From: Trichinella spiralis
Taxonomy: Eukaryota
NCBI RefSeq assembly: GCF_000181795.1
Contig: NW_003526941.1
Location: 6,678,428 to 6,742,427 of the forward strand
Direction of reading: 5' to 3'
DNA length: 64,000 bases
Notes under the pieces: generated by a model
What the model was told of the DNA's origin: nothing
What the model saw: the letters and a program-made list of their open reading frames with translations, nothing else
Databases searched by the model: none
Shown here: piece by piece, positions 48,986-62,479 of the stretch
Numbering within the stretch: the first letter of the stretch is position 1
How the letters are laid out: every line of letters starts with the position of its first letter
Translations under genes and position numbers: made by a program

Positions 48986-51796
48986 ACATGACCGATGTTC
49001 ATGGAAAATCATCTGTGAAATTTTAATATGCTAGCAGTGAATGGATAATGGTTAATAAAAAAGCGCAGCTGGTATTGCCTCGTCTGTTGAAACGCGATCC
49101 AAATTATTTGCTTGATCATGTCGATCTGTCGACGTTCTCACGCAAATTATGACGTTTCAAAAATCAATTCCATGCACACACATGCAGATACATGTAAATA
49201 TACAATATATATGTAATTGGTGAATCCTGAATGGGTATTCACTCTTATAAAATTATGCCTTAATTACGGGTAATATCTTTGAATATTAAAATTGTCCTTA
49301 TTCTATATATATATACATATACATGTAATGTGCATTTTTCAGGTTGTTTATATTTAAATTATGAATTCATTCAAGAGGTATAAATGTAAATAAAATCAAA
49401 ATAGAATTAATAGTTCTAATTTCATGATTAATGAAATGCTTGGCAATTTGATTGGCAGAGAAGATTGTTGACTTTTAGTTCTGCTTTCATCATTTCACCA
49501 GTAACAACAAAATAGCCCCATTCAAAAATGTAATAGAATAATTCAGAATTACATACATATCGAGTTATTTTTAGTGCTTTAATGTGAAATATTCCTTATA
49601 CAATTTTCAAAGTACGAACCTTTAAAATTGTTCAATGCTTGAATTCAAACAGCAAGATCATACATTAAAATTTGCATGAAATTTCTAGTAAACTAGTACG
49701 ACGCCTGTTTTTCTTTACGTTCAGTTCAGCAAGCATAGTTTTCACAACCGTCAATGGCAAATCACATCGACGGATGCATGCTTGCAATATAAAACGATCA
49801 CATTACTGCTTAGATCTACATACCATTGGATAGCGAAAATAAATCAAATTAATTAAACTTATGAATTTAGTTCCAAAGTTAAAGTCACGTCAAAATTATT
49901 CGACCACTGAGATTGGCGTCAAGTCGATAAAATGCAAATTTTCGTGCGTGGCCTTGCCGTTTGTTTGCTTTGATGCTATAGCTCGTTACAATCCTCAACT
50001 TTCAACATATATACAACTTCATTTAATATACTATTTTGTAACATTTCAATGATAACTAGCGGTGGTAAATAGCATAATAGTTATTATTTGTTGTAAAATT
50101 GCATAACATATATTGTTTTTTTTGTGATTTTAGATTGACAATCGTGAAAATTTTTGTTTACTCAGGGTACTGAAAAGCAGACACAGTGAGGCTTGTTCAC
50201 CAGAAAATGTATGCAAATTTTTATTCCATTGAGATGCTCACGCTTACGTGTCTTTAGTTTCAATGATTGCTGGGGTACGGTGTGAAGGTACGTGTGCAGT
50301 GGCTTTTTCACTGCGATCATGATCATGGAATAATATTTAAAACGACTTTGCTTTTCGTTTGTTATTTTTTATTTCTTCAAATTAATTCATGTGCATTTGG
50401 AGAAGCGTGAATACAAAATGAAGATGAAAAACTGGAAGGCAGCTGTCTTATTAGTAAGTTACATTTGCTTTACTTATTCTGCAACTGATACAATGTCTAA
50501 GCTCAGAATATACAATGAATCTGCAATTTCTATTAGAACGAAGTAATACAATTTTCTTGAGTTTCGAAAATTTACATACAACATAATGAACACTTTACAA
50601 GCTTTGCAAAATAGTTCTTTTATATTGCCATCTCTGTTATAAATGAGACTGATATATGTGAAGTATTTTCAATTTTCACATTAGTGAGCATATTAATTGT
50701 TATTTTTTATAATATTACTGAGATGTGGTTGAGATGGTCTTCAACGACATGAAGACGCCTATTCAGTGAAGTAGCATTCTTTTTTGATTGATCGTTATAA
50801 CTTCAAATTATAATAAATAAAAAATAGATGTTGAGTCTGTAATGATTCTATTTTGTGAACTTCACGTGTAAATGAAAAGCAATAATATGTTATTTTTGAG
50901 AAAATATTTTTAAAAATAGCATATTTTTAAGTTTTGCTGCGTATTAAGGCAAGCATTTGATTTAATGTTCGGCATTTCAATAGATTCGAAGAAGAATGAA
51001 GACGAATGAAACCGAACGGGAAACAAAAAACATATGTGGTTACCGTGGGTCCCTATTGTGTAGGTCTGGTGTGGTGATATTTCAAAAGGGTGAAGTTATT
51101 CCGTAGTTTAATTAAGCTAGGGAGATAGTTGTATGGTTGAGATTGGAAATAATGCAGTATTTGGGCTTTGAGGCAACAAAATCGTTGTATGCAATTGTTT
51201 TCATGAGTCGTAATATTTTGAAATTTTCATTTGTTAACTTTATTTATTTTTTTCATACATCCCATTGCTTAATTTCAAGACATGCAAGTTAACAGTGTAA
51301 AATAACTTTCAACTCAAAATTTTATAAAGTTAGTTGTAAATTGTGTAAAGTGAAATGTAAAAGCAACCAGTCGTGTGAGGTGCTCTTCGGATGCCTTTAT
51401 CCGGATGTGCGTTGAGCTTGTCAGTAAACAAAGTTCACTTGATTAGGGTCACTATACAAGGCGGAACCGATATTGCTCAGCAAGCAGTGCATAGTTGCTG
51501 AACGGAAAATTTAATATCCGCGCATTATTGACTTGGTTAACGCACGCTGATTTGATTGAACAAATTTGTTCCCTATTGGAAAATATACTATTATCGTAAT
51601 GAAATTTTTCTTTCAACAATTGTAACAATAGCCAAGCTGTTGAATGCCACACTTATAGTTGAGCTAATTTAGTCAAATATGTGAACATACTCTTAACACT
51701 GATTATAACATATATAATCAAATAATTTCAAACATTCTCAGTAGACAACGACTTTTGTCTGAGCGCATTAATTAAGTACGGGCCCACTTTCAATGT
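48634..51796 (+). repeat. Copy 2 of the ~3.15-kb duplicate of 1896-5040
   Basis: Near-identical to 1896-5040. The last ~240 nt accumulate indels and mismatches, and the copy ends exactly at an N gap. Confidence 0.95.
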
Positions 51797-51806
51797 NNNN
51801 NNNNNN
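51797..51806. other. Assembly gap (10 N)
   Basis: Run of 10 N. Confidence 0.99.
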
Positions 51807-52052
51807 AAACGAGGACAAGAATTGTACTTTGTTTTCTCTGTTCCATTTATTCTCAAAAAGTAGGTCGACACTTTTTTTTCCTTCCACGAGAGAATTTTTA
51901 TTTCTTTGTTGAAAAATTTGCATAATTTGATTGGTGTTCAAGTTGTACGTAGTTTGCTGACGTGACGACGATGCAGTTGTGGGGGATTTTGTAGTTGTCA
52001 AACTTTTCTGTGGTTGTTGTTGTCGTTGTCGTTGTATTTGCATTTTGTTCAT
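51807..52052 (-). CDS. Possible N-terminal fragment of a gene running off the contig into the gap
   Basis: Q/T/S-rich open frame (MNKMQIQRQRQQQPQKSLTTTKSPTTASSSRQQ...) preceded by a tgtttag acceptor-like site and open up to the N gap. No family recognised. Confidence 0.25.
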
Positions 52053-55000
52053 GATCAAAACGTCCGATTTGACTAAACAAGGATTTTATTTATTTGCATA
52101 CGCGCTTCTGCTTTTTGTTTACTCAATTTTACTGCTGGGTTGTGTCAGTAGTGCAATTTCTGAATAAATTCAACTTGTACTTTTGGCTTGTTGTTGTTGT
52201 TGTTGTTGTTGTCATTTCGCACCGCATCATTCATTAAATTTATCCATACAGTATTGAAACGTAGAAAATGATGAAAAAAAAATTTTTTTATTTGCTTTTT
52301 TCACAATTTGCATTTTTGTGATTGTTTATTGTTGTTGTTGTGGGCTAACTTTGTCTGTCAATTATCCCCAAAGCTGGTCGATCCCAGATTTGAAGAGTTT
52401 CCATTATTCGTATATACACACGGTCGGTTGGTGATCAATAAGTGAATGAACGAACGACCATTTCAGGTCCAATTGCTTTTTGATAATAGATCATCACTTG
52501 AACGTGCTATTCTCTAGATGTGTATGACCATTGTGAGTTGGAAATGACACGTTCGCTAATAATATTGTGATCATCAGGAATATTATTTACAAAATTTGAA
52601 AATCAACCGGCTCATTAAAATTCAAATCACTAATCAATCAATCAATTAATCAATTGCGCGTGTACATCATTTTGATACACTCGCATGCATATTTGTATGC
52701 ATATTTGATTCTCTAACTATTCGTTTGTGCTTTTTTTGTATTTGTTGATTTTTCTCATCTATAAACAGTAGTAAATATGATTCATCACTTCTACGCTTGC
52801 TGCGGCAGCATCTTTCTTCTCACAAGCATACACGATTAATTGGTTGAATCATTTTCACTTTGATTTTTTCCATTCTTTATTCCGTTGCAGAATTTTCCAG
52901 GTACCCGTACGTCAGTTGTGTCAAGTTTTCCTTTTCTATTATTTTTATCATTTTTTTAAATTTTAATTTTCTGTATTCAATTCCATTTTTATATTCAACA
53001 GATTTTTATTATTATCAATTTTTTGCATTATTCAGTTTAACAAGGGTTAGTAAAATTGTTATAAAATGTTGTAATAAATTGTAAGAATATTTTTGCATAA
53101 TACGAATAAACTTGGAAAATGTTTCATCAATTTAAATAGATAGGTGCTTATAACGTGTGTGTATGTGTGTGTGTGTGTGTGTTGTTGAAGCAGTTCAATA
53201 CTGATCAAATTAATAATAGAAATTGGAAAATTGATTTTTCATTAATTTTATTGTCCGAGAGTAATTTGGTAAACAAATCCGTTTTCACCAACCATTTTAA
53301 ATATTAGCCAAACAGTTTATATAGAATATTAGCGGAAATTGAAATGGGGCGATCTTGTTGATTGCATGAGTGGAGAATTTTTAGTATAGTTGAACAATTC
53401 AGTTTATTCCTATCTGACTAAATCGTTTCCTCCATTTGAACATCCTATTTTCAATGTGACAAATTAAAATGAACAAATCAACGCTACAATTACTCAACTT
53501 TGAATAATGCGTGTGCGTGTGTGTTTTTGAATTTTATTTATGCTTTTGATTCAAATTAAATATTAAAATTAAATACAGCTTACAAATACCATTAAAAAAA
53601 CATATTCGATGAGAGACAGAAAGAGAATGGATAGAAAATTTCTGCTGCTGACGGTTTTTCAATTGCATGCAAAGTAGTTAAGAAGAGTGAATAAAACTTT
53701 TTCATTGTTTGATGACGAAGCTGCTTTGATGAAATTTAATTATGCACCGCTTGGCAAATTGTCAACTTTTATATCAAGCGAACAAGCATAGTATTATAAC
53801 AAACGGTTGTTGTGCTTTTCTGTTCAGTTCAATTTAGTTCTGTTCTGTTTTGCGCGTTTCAATTTTTAATTATTACTCAACAAATTCATTAATCATTTCA
53901 TAGCTATTCAACGTTTTTTTCTTTCTTCTATTCTTCTTCTTTGTCACTTTTCTTTGCTCATTTTTATGCAAATTTTTTCCCATCTTCTTTTATGAATGAA
54001 TTTACTGTTGTGACTGCTTTTATTTATTGATAATGAGAAAAGTGAACGTTCAACCGGTGAGCATTCTTATTCTTCTTCTTCTTCTTTTTTGCATAAATAT
54101 ATTATTTATGCATGTCTAAAGAATAAATGAATAACAATAAAGCGATGAAAGAGAGAAAAGGAAAAAAATTTTTTTTTACAATATTTATTAAATAGTGGCA
54201 AAGAGAGATTTCTTGAGATCTGTTGAATGGACTTGAGTAATGTAATTATTGTGAAAGAGGGAAAGGGATTTCTATCTTTTTTTTCTTCTCGCCCTTGGAA
54301 TTGAACATTGTTGATCATAATAATGGAATAAATATTTTCTTCACTGATGCAACAGTGGACGGTGAAACAAGGTTGGGATGAGGCTGGGATGGATGTGGTT
54401 TACCTCTCTGATTGCGTCTCTGATTCAGCTTATTTTCCAATCAGAAGCCAATTGGCTCAGATGTGTGGCCAGCTTTTAGCTAATGCAGTTAAATGTTGAG
54501 CAGTTTTTCGGCGGGCAGTTTCTGACAAAAGTGATCCGCCCCTCGGCTGCTTGTGGCTAATTGAATTACAAATCTACTCGACGCTTTGATTGAGCATCTC
54601 TTCAACGTTTTAGGCGACAAAATATAGAACGTCATCGTCATCGCCACTCGACACATCCATCCAATTCTACTTACTTAATCGGCTCTTGTCTAAAAATATA
54701 TCAAATCACAAGCCTCCAACTTCTCCCTCCGCACACACACACACACACATTCTCTTCTTTCCCATCATCATATTCGTATTAATTAGTAAGGAAAAATAAA
54801 TTCACCTGAGATTGGATTCAAAAATTTTTATGGTAATTTCTTCATTGTTTTTTTTTGTGATTTGTTTTTCTGTGTGTCAAATTTAATTTTTACCAAGAGG
54901 TAGAGAGAGAGAGAAAGCGTGTTTTTCTTTTGTTCTTTTTGCACATGCCTGTTGTCGCCTGAAAAAGATTTGAAGTATTTTCAAATGCAAATTTTTTCTT

Positions 55001-57464
55001 AAATTTTGCAAATCGCTATTTGAACTATTTTCACGTCATAAATTGATGGCAACTAGAACACAATTTCTCTTATCAAAAGAAATAGTTTCGCGCTTTATCG
55101 TATATTTATTTATCCATTTACTTTTGGTAGACATGCCTGTTGATAAATTGATTCAATCAAATTTATAATTTGTTCTTTAATTAGTGTTATGAATTTTTCC
55201 TTTTCACAATTAATTGATTTTATTCATTGGAAATTATTAATCAATGTAACACAATAGTAGTAGCAGCCCATTGGTTTTTTGTTTCTATCAACTATTTTCT
55301 GTGTTTGAATTTTATATATCAATCAACCAACGATGATGGTGATGTTGAATGAAATTTCAAAGTTAAAAATGGAACATTATTTTATTAAATTAATTTTCTC
55401 AGTGTAATTAATTTGTTGTGTAACATTTTGAGATAAGCGACAGTGTGCGGCTAATCAAGTTATCTTGAATGACTTTAATTTATGCCTTTCTTGACAGTGA
55501 TTTTTCTTCAGTTTATCAGTTCAATATACAAATAGCACACTCGTCAAATGTGAACTATTTTTTTTATTTATTTTATGTTAATTTTTTTGTTATTTAAATA
55601 AGTAAATAATGACAATGATGATCCGTTATTTGGTATTTCAAAAGTTATCCACATTATTCAATTTAATCAAATGTGAAACATTCACGAGATGATGAGGATA
55701 CATTTGGTCGTGTTATTTCTTTTTCGATTGACAGCATCATTATTTTTCACGACTTAAGATCATAATATTGAAGCGGTGGAAATTTCCTTAGCAAAAGTTA
55801 TTTCTGACATGCACTTGCTTGCCTGCCCGCTTGCCTGCTTGTTCATGACTTGATTGCTCTCCTCATGACAAATGCAATAGGATGATGATGAGGCGATTTA
55901 GCTGGATAAAACTTGTCAAGCATTGATTTTCTCCTTTATTTTTTTTCCTTTTCTATCCAAAACATTATCTAATACATTCGACTGTGCATAAATACATCAA
56001 TAAACAAATATATTGTTTATTTTGAATTCTGAAAATGTAATGTGTTTTTTTCTTCATGTTTTTTTTAACAATCTTTACCACTTTGAGGATAATTAAAAGA
56101 AACTATTTGTATATTTTGCTAATTGCAAACTGGCTGCTTAGTAAATAAATTGTTTTCATTTTAAACACGGATGCTGTTGCAATATTGAGATCATGTTTCA
56201 AATTTCCAACATTTATATATGCATATAAGCCAGGCGATATTACTATTATTCTTACTATTATCATATTCCCAGTAGATGTGGAATTTTAATTTCAATGTGA
56301 AATTTCCAAGTTGCATAATTCCAAAGTTATATTCAAAGGTTGAATTGAGTTTGAGAATGATTGATTTCATATTAAGTTTGAAGTTGGAAAGCGAAGTGGA
56401 GAAGAAATTTTCACCCAAGTTCACTTTTATTCAAGACAATAATAATTTGCAAACATTCAATGCAACAATAATTATACATGCATACAGATGTATCTATATA
56501 ATGTTTTTTTTGATATTCATGCATGAGCTTTAGGCTAAACCTGTTTATATCTTTTATAGCAGTTTTTACGATATCGCTGATTGAAAAAGTCCAGGCTAGG
56601 GCTTTTCTCAGAGTACAGCTTATATATAATTTGCATAATGTGAGATGATGAGAAACATAAGCAGGTCCGTGTTTCATTATCAGTGATTTGTTTATGAAAA
56701 TGAAATATAATAATTTATTGTTGTAAACTTTGTTAGTGTTATTGCGTTTTTTATTCTTTGTCAATTGCGCAGTTGATTTCAAATAAAATGCATTAAAGGA
56801 CCACCGCATCTTAAGAGGGGAGTGATTTTGAATTTTTGATTGATTGAATCGAATAGGAATGAAACATCTTTGCATTTCAAAGAATACTCGTGCTAATTGC
56901 AGTTATCGTTTTACCGGCTGAGAATCTCTGTGAATGCTTTTTATTCCTCTTTTCGCTTCTCTCTCTCTCTCCCTCTCTATTGAAGAATACTCTTGTCGAT
57001 CAATAATTTGATGCAATTTTGAATAGAATTCGAGCTTTAAAATAGAAATTTATTATCACAATTATGATAATTTTTTTGTATTCCTATTTAAATATTGCGT
57101 TTTTATTTTCGTTAACAATTAATGGATGAAAAGAATAATTTGATTGGAAACAAGAAATCAAGTGATGTGTACTTTTGTGATTGTAATGCTTTGAAATGGC
57201 GTGAAATAGCAATTTTAAAAACTTGTTTCCAACAAAAAAGTTCTTTTTTTTCTTTTGATTCATGTTATTATGTTGTTAATCGTCTTGTGAGGGAATTTAA
57301 TTGTAAAAAAACGATAAAATTGATCAGTGGATGTATGAAGAATTAAATAAGTGGGAAATATCTTTTTTTTTCAATCAAAAATTCCATACAAAGTGGACAA
57401 AATAGATTAAATTATGCATATATCGATGTGCGTTGTGAATGCGAATGAATGAATAAATCACGAA

Positions 57465-58649
57465 ATGTATGTATGTAGTAGTTGGATGAATTCGAACGGG
57501 TCGACGACCACGGTTCAACAGTTGATGATGGAGAACATGTCGACCGTATATGATGATTCGGAGGCGCGTGTGTTGTCAGCGTTGCGACAAGTGAATTTTT
57601 GGTATTTGTTCGTTGTAATCACGGTGGGCATATTTGGCAACATGCTGGCCGTGATGACCATCGTCCGTTCGAGGTTGATGAAAATATCTTCCAATCACTA
57701 TTTGATCGCTTTGACTTGTTCGGACAGTGTATTTTTGCTTTCGTTGTTTCTCATATGGTTGAGCAAGTTGAATGTGGCCGTTTATCACCGGGATGGATTT
57801 TGCCAATTGGTTCTGTTCTGTCTGAACTGCAGCAGCTGGCTGTCCAGCTGGTATACGATGATCTTGACCGTGGAACGGTATTTCGTGGTGTTTTTTCCGT
57901 TGAGTAGGGCGGCGGCTTGCAGCATCGGACGAACGAGGCGAATCATCTGCTTGGCTTTACCGTTCCCGGTGCTGTTCAACATCTGGATAATCATTGCTAC
58001 GGGTGTCAACGAAACTGGCGCTTGCAACATGATCGAAAGCTATTATTACGCCGGTATGGTTCTCAACTGGATCGACACGGTATTGTCGTTTGTCGTACCG
58101 GCAATTGTGATCACGGCTTGCAATATTGCCATCTGTTACAAAGTTTATTCTCGTGCCAACGCATTTGCCGACCTGAAAGGTGGTAGCAAGTCGACTACAA
58201 GCAGCAAGACAAGCAGCAGAGGTTCGGCTGCAGGTTCCGCTTTGGAATTGCCTTTGATGCGTCGCCACGGTGGTTGTGGTGGCGGTGGTTGTGGTGGTGG
58301 TTCTTCGTCCTCTGGTCATGCCGGTCGTCCAGCCGGAAGTCAGGAGAGGAAAATTACCCAATCGTTGGTCACTTTGTCTTGCGTGTTTGTCGCGTTGAAC
58401 GTGCCCAGCTATTCGTTGAGATTGCGCGATTACGTGCTAGTCGCTACTGGTCGAATTCCCCAAAATCAACCGTTGAGTGAAATTATTTTGGAAAATGTAT
58501 TCAATTTGATTTATTATACCAATTTTTCCATCAACTTTTTCGTCTACTGTTTGTCGAGTGAAAATTTCCGTTCCGCCGCTTGGCAATTGTGGCACGAATG
58601 GTTGCCGGCATTTCGTTTGCGGAAACGTGCCGCACCTATTCCACTCTGA
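57465..58649 (+). CDS. Class A (rhodopsin-like) neuropeptide GPCR, single exon, 394 aa; resembles the CNMamide/FMRFamide-type peptide receptor group
   Basis: Seven hydrophobic segments with GIFGN (TM1), YLIALTCSD (TM2), TVERY (DRY equivalent), FVVP (TM5), FVALNVP (TM6) and TNFSINFFVYCLSSENFR (TM7/H8). N-glycosylation sequons NGS and NMS in the N-terminus. Confidence 0.93.
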   Translation: MYVCSSWMNSNGSTTTVQQLMMENMSTVYDDSEARVLSALRQVNFWYLFVVITVGIFGNMLAVMTIVRSRLMKISSNHYLIALTCSDSVFLLSLFLIWLSKLNVAVYHRDGFCQLVLFCLNCSSWLSSWYTMILTVERYFVVFFPLSRAAACSIGRTRRIICLALPFPVLFNIWIIIATGVNETGACNMIESYYYAGMVLNWIDTVLSFVVPAIVITACNIAICYKVYSRANAFADLKGGSKSTTSSKTSSRGSAAGSALELPLMRRHGGCGGGGCGGGSSSSGHAGRPAGSQERKITQSLVTLSCVFVALNVPSYSLRLRDYVLVATGRIPQNQPLSEIILENVFNLIYYTNFSINFFVYCLSSENFRSAAWQLWHEWLPAFRLRKRAAPIPL

Positions 58650-61600
58650 TCTGTTCACTTATTCGCTGAACGATTAATTCTATTCGCATTGTTTATTTAT
58701 GTTGTTTGCACATTTTTTTGGAAAATTTTACAATAAATCAAATCGATTTCTCCAACAATATCTGATGGCAATTTCTAGTCTTTTGTATTCATTCGGTAAT
58801 TCAATTGAACATGTAAATCATTCTAGCAGACATACAGTACGCTAGAAGGAGTGAACAGTGTGTGAAATTATATTTGTTTGCACTTTTTCGACAAAAATTT
58901 ATTAATTTCTACAATAAATTTAAGAAATGGGATTTTTTTATTTTCAATTTCTCCTGGCAATTCTCTAATTTTAACAATTGTCACTTGTTTCGCGGTGCAG
59001 TTTGTTTGTTTGTTTGTTCAACGATTGTGCTTCATTTGATAATAATTGCCAAGTGTAAATCGTATTCAAATTTATTGTCCATCGTCGAACGTGTTATGAT
59101 TTGAACAATCTGCACAAAGCCCACAGCTGAGCTGCTAGTTGTGAGCTTGTTGAGCTTGAGAAAACACAAACATCATGTAGCTTTCAATTTTGAACAACAG
59201 TTGAGGGGGGAGGTGGAAATGGCCAATTCAATGTTTCTATTCTAAGCTGGTGTGCAATTAATTTTCGATGTTCTTGGGAAATTGCAACACTTTACTCGAA
59301 TAAATTATGAATTTTGTATTGTAGTGTTGACGAGTAATTTAAAGAAGCTGATTTTGATCATTCAAATTTTCTATTACACGATTGTCTGTATTTTTTTAAT
59401 TTGCACATTTAATTGCTTTGTTTTGTTTCATCAGTAGAAAGTAAAAAGGGATTTTCTTTTCCGCACTATATTTATTTGGCAATTTGTACTTGGAAACTGT
59501 ACTCCAAGGTGCAATTGAAATTGATAGTTTCCATTTTTGGGAAGCTTTTAGGTCACAGCTAGATCCAACCCCCGGGATTCTGTGGAACGTCAACACTACA
59601 GGGCCAGTTGATTTGACCTTGATCCGAGATGCTTGGGTAAAAGAGAGACGTCAAGCAGAACAGTAATTTATTGCAATATATACCTTTTTTCTCACTTGAC
59701 CAGGCCGTATATTTTATAAACTTCCTAACCTAAATTGCTATTCGAAATTTGTAACTTTTTTTTTTCAAATAAACAGCTGAATGAATAAATCAATATTCAT
59801 TTATTCATTCGTTCATTCATTGAAGTTGCATTTTTATTCAACATTAATGTATTCTATTGTCATTGTAACTGCTATTCATTATGGTTTCAGTTTTGAAATT
59901 ACCATTTTGTAATAATTTTTTTAAACTTGTAGCTAGTGGAGCATTTAACACTCTGTTAAATCAACGGTTCCCATACACTTTTGCTTTGCACAGTTGGTCG
60001 CTTCTTATCTTATCTTCGTAGCTTAGCTTTATCATCTTTCATTTACTGTAACTGTATCACTTTGGTCAACGTTTTACTGATTGACTTTATGTAGCTTAGT
60101 AAAATTACTTTTAATTTTCAACTAAAATATGCAAAAACTATGCATATAATTTGGGTAATTTTATAACAATTATAATTATTGAGATTATTGATGAGATAAC
60201 AGTCTTCCAAGTTGCAGATTAAAAAAGATATATATTTAAAAAAATAGAATTTTTAAATAAATGTCCAAGTGAGGAATTTTATTTTGCATGCTTTATTTAT
60301 TTGCCGCTGGTTCTAATCACACCTATTAAATCGTTATTGGCGCTTAACTTTGATAGTGTCGGTAGCAGAGCTGAGTAAAAGTTCAGTAGATCAGTGGTGA
60401 TGGTCTAAGTGAAAATCAAGCCGTCGGGCAATTCTATTCTATTTTCTCTGTGCGATTTGTTAACTTGTGTAAACGAATATCCTCGCGATGGTCAGCGTTA
60501 AATATTGACCATCAAGCTTGGGTCACTTCACTGTCGACCTAGTCGACAAATAGCCAATGCCGACGCCGCGCTGTCTAACCACACCTGCTATGCAAGCTGC
60601 GTGGTCAAGCGTTCAGCTTTTCTTGCTTAATCCACATAGCGCACACAGCCACACACGCGCGCGCACACGCAGCTGCAAAGTGGTTCAGTATGCTTAGCCA
60701 GTGTCCATAATTAGCTGAGCGCCTTTGCAAATAATGTTGTGAGAAGCGATTCCGCGGTCGGCCACCAGACATCTGGGCACCACTCGACAACACTCTCTCG
60801 ACTTGTGCTTTTGTCTACCACTTTGGTCGGCTTTTCCAATCTCGTAAAGAACATGGCATGTTCAACTTGTCGAAACTGACCAAACTTCCGTACCACTTGG
60901 CTAAGTGAAGCTTTTCTTAAGAGCACTGACAACAACCCCGGTCGGCTGACCACATGCATCTTTCTCTCCTCTCAGACGTTGTCGAAAATAATGTTGAACA
61001 AACAACAATAATTCACATGCTTCTTAATAAGTACATGAGTTGGTTTTTCGGCTTTTCCTTCCAAATAGCACAATACACAATACACAAGTATGGGGGGGGG
61101 TTTCGCCTGAATATTGAATTGATGTCTATGATTGCTATTTAACGGATAATTTTACAGTTTCTAGAAAAATTCACATGTGCAGGTTATAATTGAATGAGAA
61201 AATAAATTTTCTTTTTGTGCGTAAAATATTCGAATAAGTTATTTGTGATTGTGATTGGTCAAAGAAATTGAATTTTCAACTTAAGACTGAAGTGAACGTT
61301 GAGCAACAATTGTCAGCATTAAAAGCATGACGTTGTGCATAATGAGATGGTGGTAAAAGTAGAGGAGCGCTAGTGTAGGGGACATTTTGAACAAATTGGC
61401 TCGTTGAAATTGAGCTGGTGTTGACTTTTCGTTTCGACCGATCATTAAGAATCTATTACTCACTTCCACCGTTGCTGGGGTTGGGGGATTTTCTTCGGCT
61501 ATAATTTCTCCAATTGGTGGCCAGCAAGTGGAAGCAAGATGATAAATAATACGGAACGCTTGTTTTTGCGATTTAGAAAATCAATCGTCCAACATTGCAA

Positions 61601-62086
61601 AGGGAGGCCTCGTGCATGGGATACAATAAATCAACAGTTGGCCAGTCAGTAATTGGAATTTGCTTTTCAATTGCAACTGCAAAGCTTCTCACCTTGTCAC
61701 AAAGCGGCTGATCGGCACAGTCGACCTAGTGACTAACAACATACGGGCATTTATTTGTCAAACTGAAGCCAACTGCTTCTCACTTGCATCGGGGGATTAT
61801 GTGTCGAATAGTAGAAATTTTAAAAAATGTATCCCCATTTGACCGGTTGACATTGTATAATTCAATTTTGACATTGTTCTCACGGTCGGCAGAGCTTTGC
61901 ATGTATTACAAATCGGCGAGATGCAAGAAAATTATAGTTTTCTTAAATGATCAAAATTTGAAACAAACCAACTGCAACGTTGTAATAATGAGCAGACGAT
62001 GTAGTAGTAGTAGTTTGAAATGCTATTGCGGATAGTCTGTTGTCTGTATTGAACCACAGTGATAGTGTAGAAGGGTAAAAGAAAAT

Positions 62087-62479
62087 TCAAGAGACAAGAA
62101 AAACAGAGAGAGACAGGAGGGGAGAGATTGAGCGAGACATCACAAAAATATGGGCCATTGTTGATGCAACTGGGCTACAATTTGTTTTGATGCTTTCCGT
62201 TCCAAGGCTCCGTAGCAGGGGGTCCGTGACACCTCGCCAGAGGCGATCAGTCAGCCAAGTTAGCTTTGATCGATCATCAATCAACAACTCTGGCGTTGGC
62301 ACGTCATCTGCATCAAGTTGAACCTTTGGCTGAGGTCGCCGAAACATTTTTACTATTTCGTTCCAACGGTCTGATTTGTATTTGAAACGTTCCCGTCGAC
62401 ATGTCAGAACTCCTGCCGATTCGCTTAATTGACTCCATGCAAATGTTGAAGAGTTGGACGACAATTTGCACATCGTCAT
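62087..62479 (-). CDS. Hypothetical orphan ORF, 130 aa
   Basis: ATG-initiated ORF in a GC-richer island with globular-like composition. No family recognised; the tail runs into a CT-rich repeat. Confidence 0.3.
   Translation of the reverse strand: MTMCKLSSNSSTFAWSQLSESAGVLTCRRERFKYKSDRWNEIVKMFRRPQPKVQLDADDVPTPELLIDDRSKLTWLTDRLWRGVTDPLLRSLGTESIKTNCSPVASTMAHIFVMSRSISPLLSLSVFLVS

Noticed and set aside
56187..56208. TGAGATCA seed resembling bantam/miR-80-family miRNAs
   Set aside because: The 3' portion does not match the family and no hairpin partner is evident.
59484..59666. GC-richer exon-like segment (SQLDPTPGILWNVNTTGPVDLTLIRDAW)
   Set aside because: No partner exons or recognisable family on either strand; insufficient support.
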